Source: Methanobacteriota archaeon (lineage in GTDB: Archaea > Thermoplasmatota > Thermoplasmata > SG8-5 > JAGLSY01). From it: a stretch of 64,000 nt of DNA. The position numbers were made by a program, and so were the translations under genes. The notes under the pieces are model-generated. The model was not told the DNA's origin, made no database searches, and was given only the letters and a program-made list of their open reading frames with translations. Below are positions 20,167 through 28,000 of the stretch, piece by piece (the stretch's first letter is position 1; each line of letters opens with the position of its first letter). The DNA lies in assembly GCA_020697715.1 (NCBI GenBank), contig JAEHCO010000007.1, forward strand, positions 1-64,000, in the 5' to 3' direction.

Positions 20167-20817
20167 TTAAGACATTATGCCAGAGCCAGCGATGAAATCC
20201 ACAAAGCCTGTTAGAATGAACTGAACAGCCATTGTCGCGAGGATCAGACCCATTATCCTGGAGAAGGCCAATGCTCCCATTCGTCCCATTTTCTGAAATA
20301 TCCTTTCTCCATAAAAGAGAATGAAATAGGAAGCGACCATGGTTATCAGAATGGCCAGATAGACCGAGCCTGCAAGTCCCCAATCCATGCCACCATGTGT
20401 TGCCTCGGACATGTATATCATGACAGTTGTTATCGAACCCGGGCCAGCGAAGATCGGGATTCCCAGTGGAACAACGCCAATAGCCTCCTTCTCGAAGGCC
20501 TCTACTTTGTCCTTGTCTGTGACCTTTGTCTTCGGTCTGCTACCATGAAGCATGGAGAAAGCGATGGTGAATAGAAGAATACCACCAGCCACCCTGAAGG
20601 CCGGGATCGATATGCCGAATATCTCGAAGATAAGATGGCCAAATAATCCGAACATGGCCAAAGTACTTCCAGCAACAAGAACGATCTTCCTGATTACCGC
20701 CACCCTTTCTTCTCGTGTATAATCTTCGGTAAGAGCCACGAAAAATGATACATTGGCTATAGGGTCTACTATTGCAAAGACCGCGATTATCACTGTTAGA
20801 GCGAAGTAGGCATCCAT
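20167..20817 (-). CDS. MarC family membrane protein
   Basis: DPIAN, FRVAGGILL, VPLGIPIFAGPGSITT, RIMGLIL motifs. Confidence 0.93.
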   Translation of the reverse strand: MDAYFALTVIIAVFAIVDPIANVSFFVALTEDYTREERVAVIRKIVLVAGSTLAMFGLFGHLIFEIFGISIPAFRVAGGILLFTIAFSMLHGSRPKTKVTDKDKVEAFEKEAIGVVPLGIPIFAGPGSITTVMIYMSEATHGGMDWGLAGSVYLAILITMVASYFILFYGERIFQKMGRMGALAFSRIMGLILATMAVQFILTGFVDFIAGSGIMS

Positions 20818-20930
20818 TGAAGCGTGGCAGACAGATTCTGTATATAAAGGTAGTGGCTGAATATATAGCTAAATAACTCTGTAGATAGACTTAATAATGC
20901 CAAAGTGGATATAGACATGGAGAGAGTGGG

Positions 20931-21305
20931 ATGAAGAGATTATACGAGTTCACGTCATGTTCAGTAACAGCTGGTAAACCGTTCGAGAATATTCCTAAGT
21001 GTCCTTTGTACACCAAATGCGATATGCATCTTGTTTCGGAAGGCTGGCAAAGAGTTTTATACAATTCTATCAAGACACCTAATGGAGACCTGTGCAATAC
21101 GAAATACAAAAGGCAGGATGAATCAGAGGACATAGTAAATACAATAGAGATCTGCATTGAAGGTACAGATAGAACATGCAAACTTACCGCAGTTGTGTCA
21201 ACATTTCATCCAGATGATCTCTTGAAGTCAATAGATCACAAATACGAGGGTGATATCATGAATAACATGGATGCCCTCTTTGAAGACAGGGTATTGAAAA
21301 ATTGA
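20931..21305 (+). CDS. Hypothetical protein
   Basis: 124-aa ORF with SD-like GGAG upstream; no family recognised. Confidence 0.55.
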   Translation: MKRLYEFTSCSVTAGKPFENIPKCPLYTKCDMHLVSEGWQRVLYNSIKTPNGDLCNTKYKRQDESEDIVNTIEICIEGTDRTCKLTAVVSTFHPDDLLKSIDHKYEGDIMNNMDALFEDRVLKN

Positions 21306-21378
21306 ATTGATGATATGATAGCCTAATTAAATTCTAACCGACCCAAGCACTGCTCGCTCGGGTTTCGAAATAACAATA

Positions 21379-21669
21379 TCAACGCTTCTTCATCACCCTG
21401 ATGATATGATAGCCGAACTGCGTCCTCACCGGCCCGGATGTTTCCCCCTTTTCCAATGAAAACGCTGCTTCCTCGAAGGGCTTTGCCATCTTCCCTCTCT
21501 CAAACCAGCCCATGTCTCCTCCTCGCTTTTTGGAGGGGCACTTTGAATAGGCCTTTGCCAGTGCAGTGAAGTTCGCCCCCTCTTCAAGCTTCTCCAGTAT
21601 CATATTCGCATCCCTTATGGTGCTGACCAAGATATGGCGAGCTCTGACCTTCTTTATTTCTCTGGCCAT
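21379..21669 (-). CDS. ppiC: Parvulin-type peptidyl-prolyl isomerase (PpiC-like), copy 1
   Basis: RARHILV, S.CPS.KRGGDMGWF, MAKPFEEAAF, TQFGYHII; start at MAREIKK. Confidence 0.92.
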   Translation of the reverse strand: MAREIKKVRARHILVSTIRDANMILEKLEEGANFTALAKAYSKCPSKKRGGDMGWFERGKMAKPFEEAAFSLEKGETSGPVRTQFGYHIIRVMKKR

Positions 21670-21761
21670 TGTGAACCACAACTCCTTTTTCAAATATATA
21701 TTGGTTTCGAACCATAGAATATTTTCTGAATATAAATTGGTTATCAGCAAATATCAGGGTA

Positions 21762-22043
21762 TTAGCGCTTGTCCGTCACCATGATGATGTGGTAACCGAA
21801 CTGGGACTCCACTGGCTTGGATATCTCTCCGATCTCCATTGAAAAGGCTGCGTCCTCGAAGGCTTTCACCATTCTTCCCTTTCCAAAGAATCCAAGATCA
21901 CCGCCACCCTTGCCGGATGGGCATGTGGAGAACTTCTTCGCCATATTGGCAAAGTCCGATCCAGAGGCGAGCTTTCCACTGACCTTCTGCGCTTCCATTA
22001 TAGTTTTCACAAGAATATGACTGGCTTTGACTTCTGTTACCAT
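21762..22043 (-). CDS. ppiC: Parvulin-type peptidyl-prolyl isomerase (PpiC-like), copy 2
   Basis: KASHILV, STCPSGKGGGDLGFF, MVKAFEDAAF, SQFGYHII. Confidence 0.93.
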   Translation of the reverse strand: MVTEVKASHILVKTIMEAQKVSGKLASGSDFANMAKKFSTCPSGKGGGDLGFFGKGRMVKAFEDAAFSMEIGEISKPVESQFGYHIIMVTDKR

Positions 22044-22112
22044 AGTAATCGAACCACAGAATAATTGCTGAATATATATTGGTTATGATTGGGAACCTGA
22101 AAGATTGAACAT

Positions 22113-22241
22113 CCCCGCCCTACGCTTTGCTACAGACGGGGTTTTCGAATAGGAAGTAATTGGTGCTGTCACTCGCTGGGACATCACTGAGAGTACCCCG
22201 CCCTCCAGATGGCAGGGTGCTGTCATTCAGACGGGGCATGT
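22113..22241 (-). repeat. Two copies of a CCCCGTCTG-Nx-AGGGCGGGG palindromic element (22113-22141, 22195-22241)
   Basis: Same stem sequence as the elements at 45000 and 60210. Confidence 0.8.
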
Positions 22242-22282
22242 CATAATTACTTCCTTTTCTGTATCTTGGCCCGAGGCCAGGA

Positions 22283-23956
22283 TCATTTACCCTTTTGCAT
22301 CCTGGCCCAAGAATCCCTGAGGCCAACAGTTCTGTTGAATATGATATTTCCATCGGTCGAATCTGGATCCACGCAGAAGTATCCAGTTCTTTCGAATTGC
22401 ACAGTATCCCCATGCTCGAGGTCCTTAACGGCAGGCTCTACCTTACAGCCTGCCAGTGTCTTGAATGAATCGGGATTTATGAACTCCTTGTAATCATGAT
22501 CCTTTTCTCCCATGGGATTCTCGACAGTGAATAGCCTGTCATAAAGGCGTATCTCCGTGTCAATGGACTCGGTCGCTGATACCCAATGAATGGTGGCCTT
22601 CACCTTGCGGCCATCAGGAGCATTACCACCACGGCTATCCAGATCAACAGAGCAGTGCAGTTCGACCACATCGCCAGCATCATTTTTGATGATATCATTG
22701 CATGTCAGCAAGTACGCGTACCTTAGGCGTACTTCCCGGCCAGGTGCTAATCTGAAGAATTTCTTGACTGGCTCCTCCATGAAATCCGCGCGCTCGATGA
22801 ATATTTCGCGCGTGAAAGGAACCTGGCGGCTTCCCGCATCCGGGTCCTCAGGGTTGTTTATGGCATCCAGCATGTCGATCTCGCCCTCTGGGAAATTGTC
22901 GATAACTATCTTCAGTGGGTCAAGAACTCCCATGACTCGCGATGCTTTTTTATTCAGATCATCGCGAACACAAGCCTCCAGAAGCTCGAAGGCGATGATA
23001 TTGGCCTTCTTCGCAATACCTGCCCGATAGCAGAATTCTTTGACGGCCTCGGGGGTGTAGCCACGCCTCCGCATACCGCAAATAGTTGGCATTCGAGGAT
23101 CATCCCAGCCATTGACAAGCTCCTTGGTCACAAGCTCCTTGAGGAAACGCTTGCTCATTATCGTGTAAGAGACATTCATCCGGGCGAACTCGATCTGCTG
23201 AGGATGATAGATATCCAGCTCATCCAGGAACCAGTCGTAAAGCGGACGGTGATTCTCGAACTCAATGGAGCAAAGCGAGTGAGTTATTCCCTCGATAGAA
23301 TCCTCCAGGCCATGCGCCCAGTCATAAATCGGATAGATGCACCATTCGTCACCCGAATGCGGATGGGTCGCATGCAGTATCCTGTACATTGGCGGGTCGC
23401 GCATGTTCATGTTCGGATGCGTCATATCGATCTTCGCCCTCAGTGTCTTGGAGCCATCCGGAAACTCGCCTTTTTTCATCCTCTCGAAGAGATCCAGATT
23501 TTCCTCCACCGATCTTTCACGGTTCGGGCTGTTCTTTCCAGGAGTGTTATAATCACCCCTGTATTCCTTCATATCCTCCGCATTGAGGTCGCAAACATAT
23601 GCCTTGCCTTTCTTGATAAGATCAATGGCATAGTCATACATTTGCTGGAAATAATCCGATGAAAATAATAGGCGGTCCTCGAAATCCGCGCCCAGCCACT
23701 TCACATCCTCCACGATGGAATCAATGAATTCCTTTTCTTCCGCAATGGGATTAGTGTCATCGAATCTCAGATTGAATTTACCACCGTATTCATCCGCGAT
23801 ACCATAATTGACCCAGATGGCCTTCGCACTGCCTAAGTGCAGGTATCCATTTGGCTCTGGTGGAAATCGAGTATGCACTCGTCCATCGTATTTTCCGGTC
23901 TTGAGGTCCTCGTCTATGACCTGGCGTATGAAATCGCGTGATTGGCTTTCGTCCAT
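22283..23956 (-). CDS. glnS: Bacterial-type glutaminyl-tRNA synthetase
   Basis: TRFPPEPNGYLHLG, LRFDDTNP, WCIYPIYDWAH..EDSIEGITHSLC, QIEFAR, MSKR, GWDDPRMPT, and the GlnRS beta-barrel anticodon domain (FFRLAPGREVRLRYAY, KATIHWVS, QFERTGYF, FNRTVGLRD); SD AGGAG before ATG 23956. Confidence 0.93.
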   Translation of the reverse strand: MDESQSRDFIRQVIDEDLKTGKYDGRVHTRFPPEPNGYLHLGSAKAIWVNYGIADEYGGKFNLRFDDTNPIAEEKEFIDSIVEDVKWLGADFEDRLLFSSDYFQQMYDYAIDLIKKGKAYVCDLNAEDMKEYRGDYNTPGKNSPNRERSVEENLDLFERMKKGEFPDGSKTLRAKIDMTHPNMNMRDPPMYRILHATHPHSGDEWCIYPIYDWAHGLEDSIEGITHSLCSIEFENHRPLYDWFLDELDIYHPQQIEFARMNVSYTIMSKRFLKELVTKELVNGWDDPRMPTICGMRRRGYTPEAVKEFCYRAGIAKKANIIAFELLEACVRDDLNKKASRVMGVLDPLKIVIDNFPEGEIDMLDAINNPEDPDAGSRQVPFTREIFIERADFMEEPVKKFFRLAPGREVRLRYAYLLTCNDIIKNDAGDVVELHCSVDLDSRGGNAPDGRKVKATIHWVSATESIDTEIRLYDRLFTVENPMGEKDHDYKEFINPDSFKTLAGCKVEPAVKDLEHGDTVQFERTGYFCVDPDSTDGNIIFNRTVGLRDSWARMQKGK

Positions 23957-24070
23957 GTTCAATCTCCTTGTCATTGGCTATTTGGGATATGGTAAATAAT
24001 GTTTTGGAATGAGAGTGTTAATATCTGATCTTCTATCTAGAATCCCACATAATAACGTTTAAAAAGAAAG

Positions 24071-24144
24071 AGCCATTGGAGAGATTTGAACTCCCGACCT
24101 GCTGATTACAAATCAGCCGCTCAACCGGGCTAAGCTACAATGGC
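24071..24144 (-). tRNA. tRNA-Thr(UGU)
   Basis: GCCATTG acceptor, GCTGA-TTTGTAA-TCAGC anticodon arm, GTTCAAATC T-loop; TTTATATA box ~30 nt upstream. Confidence 0.96.
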
Positions 24145-24210
24145 GTATGATATACCCCTGGAAGTTAAAATTATATAAATATCTATTGAATGATTACTTT
24201 AGCAAATATG

Positions 24211-24218
24211 TTATATAT
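24211..24218 (+). promoter_or_regulatory. TATA box of the leader-tRNA-Gln transcript
   Basis: TTATATAT preceded by a purine-rich BRE-like stretch; predicts a start near 24234-24241. Confidence 0.6.
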
Positions 24219-24233
24219 CAATTGATATTTCCA

Positions 24234-24330
24234 GTGCTGTTAAGACATGCTTAACGCCTCGAGGTGTGAACACGGAACTAAAGTTCCTTAGATGGCACCA
24301 CGAGGCTGTTGGGCATAGAAAAAGCCCAAC
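24234..24330 (+). ncRNA. Structured ~95-nt 5' leader of pre-tRNA-Gln with an anti-tRNA hairpin
   Basis: Perfect 19-bp inverted repeat 24296-24314 / 24324-24342; further stems GTGCTGT/ATGGCAC, ACGCC/GGTGT, GGAAC/GTTCC. Confidence 0.6.
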
Positions 24331-24402
24331 AGCCTCGTGGTGTAGCGGTTATCATGGGAGACTCTGGATCTCTCGACTCCAGTTCAAATCTGGACGAGGC
24401 TA
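24331..24402 (+). tRNA. tRNA-Gln(CUG), archaeal type (A1-U72, A73)
   Basis: AGCCTCG/CGAGGCT acceptor, GGAGA-CTCTGGA-TCTCT anticodon arm, GTTCAAATC T-loop, followed by a T-run. Confidence 0.96.
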
Positions 24403-24997
24403 CTTTTTATTTCTCTTCACAAGATTGATCTTCCTTAGCATGGTGAATGCCCGTATAACACCATAACCCGCCAAAATTCCTAAAAATAACAAAAAAAGTT
24501 GTGCAGAATAGCCCTTTATATACTTTTCCCCAGTCCATACTTAAAGGTTTTTGTCAAAAAAATAATCCTCACCAAAAGGTCTATATATCCCCCCTCACAA
24601 TATCTAAAATGGGATTGTGGCAAGGTGTTCGTTCCCTTGTTTTAGAATGCCTTGCTTCGCCTCCTGCTTTTTTCAAAATTCATTAGATAGCTTTGCTATT
24701 GGATCTTTTTACTTGATTTTCGCTTAATTTATTTAAAAATGTTATTATGATATTCCATACAATATCTTATAAGAAGAAAATAAGGTGAAGCGAAAGGAAA
24801 AAGTAAACTTTATGGGGGAAGAGAGTCTAACAAAATGCCCCTCCGCTTCATCACCAGTATATTATGAATAGGATATAAGGTTTACGATATTAAGCATCAC
24901 GATTGATAGGCAATGCAATACAATTTCATACACTACAAGATTGCCAGAATGGTAATTGAACCCATCCTTTAATAGAGATCATATAAAAAGGTAAGAT

Positions 24998-25024
24998 TGC
25001 CTGCGGCGGTTAATACCGCAGGCA
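24998..25024 (-). terminator. Hairpin plus T-run downstream of the 4151-aa gene
   Basis: TGCCTGCGG/CCGCAGGCA 9-bp perfect stem; minus strand continues ATCTTACCTTTTT. Confidence 0.6.
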
Positions 25025-25065
25025 TTAGGTTTGGAGTTCAGTGTCTTATACTGAATATTCCCAGA

Positions 25066-28000
25066 TCATTCTTCATCGTCGCTGATTTTCAATTCCTCCG
25101 CACAATCATTGCAGACGAAATCACCTTCTTCATCAGTTGATCCGGCCTTTCCAGACACTCCACAGTACGTACACTCGTTCTCTTTAGCAGGCTCAGACTT
25201 GTCCTTATCTTTGCCTCCCTTCCTCATGCTGATGACCGTGTTGATGATGAGCAGGATTATGACGATTATCAAGAGGAGCATTATGGTGTTCTGATTTCCC
25301 TGCTGCTCGCTTGATTCCGCGCCCACTTTGTCGATCACACTGGCTTCTGCAGCTTCCAAATTCTCTGCGAGTGTGAAGAGATCAGCACGGATCTCATCCA
25401 GCTTGGCAAGGTCTGCGAGAGTGTCATCGATATCTGCCAGGGTTCCATTGATATTATCCTGGAAGTCCATGATATCCTGGTTCAGGGCCTGGAGATAAAG
25501 AAGAGTTCCAATGTCATGCGATGACAGATTAGTGGATATCCAATTCAATCTCTGTGTCAGCTCGGCCAGTGTCAATGAATTAAGATCACGGATGGTGTCA
25601 TCGAGTAGCGCCAGTTCATCGGTCATGTTCTCATCGTGTGACATGAGCATGCCTTTCAGATCGGCCAATGAATTGTTCAGGTCATTGTAGAAGCCATCCA
25701 TCGCATTCTCAAGTTCCGCTATCCTGCTGTCCAGATATGCTGTGTCCGCATTAATGGCCGCTAGTATGTCACTCAATGCGGATGCAAGACCATCCTGCAT
25801 CGTGATGTTCAGGCCATCTATTTTCATATCGAGGCCATCCAATAGAATGGTAAGGTCAGCTGTCTGATTCATTATCTGACTGTACAAAGCGAAGTCCACC
25901 CTGGCCAGTTCGTCCATGAAGGTCATGGTCAGGTCATCAATGAGCATGGTCAGGTTTCCCTCGACCTGCCACAGGTCCGAATATAGATTGGCAAGTGTCA
26001 TGTTCAGATAGTCTATATCTGCCTGAATATCTGCCGCACTCATATTCAGCCAGGCAAGATCGATCTGTACCTGAAGTAGAGTGGCATTGACAAAGTCCAC
26101 ATCAGACTGCATAAGGTCCAAAGTGGTATTGAAGTCGGTCCAATATGAGGAGATCTGGCTGTATGTCATCATGTTCTCCATCGATAGATTGGTCATGCCC
26201 GAATCCATCGCGAATCTTAGACTGGCTATGTTCGCATCCATTGCTGATATATTGAGATCCTGGCTTGACAGCATTCCACTTATGTATGTTTCTGTGGCCG
26301 CCATGTCAGTCCAGGTCGTATTGAACCAGGCATTGATGCTCGCATAGTTGCTGGCTGTTGTCATATTGTACTGTGCCCAGAACACTGTGAATTCCGTTCT
26401 TAGATCATTCAGAGATGACTGGAACGCCAGCTGTGTCATATTGGCGAAGTTCAGATCGTTCTGGATCTGTGCCATAGTAGAGTTCCAGGATGTCCAGTAT
26501 AGGCTCTGCAATGTGTGCGTGTCATTATGCTCGTTCCACATTGCCATGAAGTAAGCCTGCATCGCGGCATCCATGCTGGTCAGATTGGCATCCAACTGTC
26601 CGAGATTTCCGGAAAGATCGCTCAGAAGCAGGGTGATATTCGCCTCGAAGCCACTCATCTGGCTCCTGATGCTGGCAGCCTCGGTCTGAATGGTCAAGTT
26701 CAGACCGTCCATCGTGGTGTTCAGATAGTTTTGATATGCCTGGAAATACAGATGCCAGTTATCCCATGTTGTATTGAGATCATCCCTGTGAGCTAACAGT
26801 TGTGCTAGAATGATATTGGCCGTCGCGTCCAGAGATGCAAGGTCGGTCTGTACCTGAAGCAATGTGGCATTCAGGAAGTTTACATCTGCCTGTAACGCGG
26901 CAGATGTCACATTCCAATCTGCCCAGTACAGACCGTGTAGTGTTTGTGTATCATTGTGCTCATCCCACATTGCCTGGAAATAGGCCTGCATGATGGCATC
27001 CATATTGGTCACATTCACATCCAACTGCCCAAGGTCTGCATCCAGATCATTCAGGAGAGCGGTCATATTGCCCTCGAAATCATTCATCTGGGTGTATACC
27101 ATCTCGATCTGGTCCTGAAGTGTTATGTTCAATCCATCCGTAGTTGTATTGAAGTACGACCAGTATGAATCGAACTGCGCATCCCATATTGTCCATGTTG
27201 CATTGAAATCAGCCCAGTATGCCAGAATAAGCGCATTGTTCGCTGTCACCGTGGCATTGATGTCATCGATCACCTGTATCCAGCCAACGACCTCGAAGCT
27301 GGTTATTCCAATATAATTGAAGCCAGCTATTTGAGCATTCACTGCAACGAAGTACGTGCCTTCTGCGGGTATGCTGTCGCTGTAAGTATAGAGACCGAAT
27401 GTCGCATCCAGTATGTTCATGGATGCATTGTCCACGATCTTCATCATGCTGTCGTCGAAGATGGTCACGGTAACATTGGTGAAAGCGTCTGGCACCAATG
27501 CCTGGCCGTTCTGAGTCACTGAGGCCATGATATCATATTCAACACCATTCGCATCGTACTGAAGACCGGTCGTGACATCCACATTCGTTGGTGGGGTTGT
27601 GGATGATAATGTCACAGTCACTTCCTTGGACATATCGATCGTTGCTACGAGAGAGCCCATCATGATACCATTGTTGGCAATAGCCAAGTGAGGTGTGTGA
27701 TCTGTCTGGCCTGCTTGATCCTCTACATATTCCGTCACGACATTCCATCTGGCATATCCATTTGCATCAGCGTTCACATTGTAAAGTGGTGTGCCGAACA
27801 TATCAACTATCTCAACCTGAGCTCCAGCAACTGGCTGCATCATCTCATCACGCACGTACACGTTCATGAACCACTGTATCTCAAGTGTGGAGAGTGCATC
27901 CATATAGTTGATGGATGCCTTGTTGAAGGTCGAGTTCAGTGATGTGATATGGCTGTCCTGATCCAATGCGATCTCAAAGCCATTGCCAGAGAACGTGAAG

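Noticed and set aside
24234-24300. Cloverleaf-like fold ending in ACCA as an extra or permuted tRNA
   Set aside because: It lacks a TTCRA T-loop, D-loop GG and a 7-nt anticodon loop; kept only as part of the leader finding.
24288-24302. T-box-like sequence TGGCACCACG in the tRNA-Gln leader, near an aminoacyl-tRNA synthetase gene
   Set aside because: There is no room for Stem I or a specifier loop and no A1 helix partner; the element points away from glnS; most of the match is explained by complementarity to the tRNA 5' end.
24403-24990. Replication origin in the long AT-rich gap
   Set aside because: No convincing repeated ORB (TCCAGTGGAAAC..GGGG) boxes and no orc1/cdc6 nearby.
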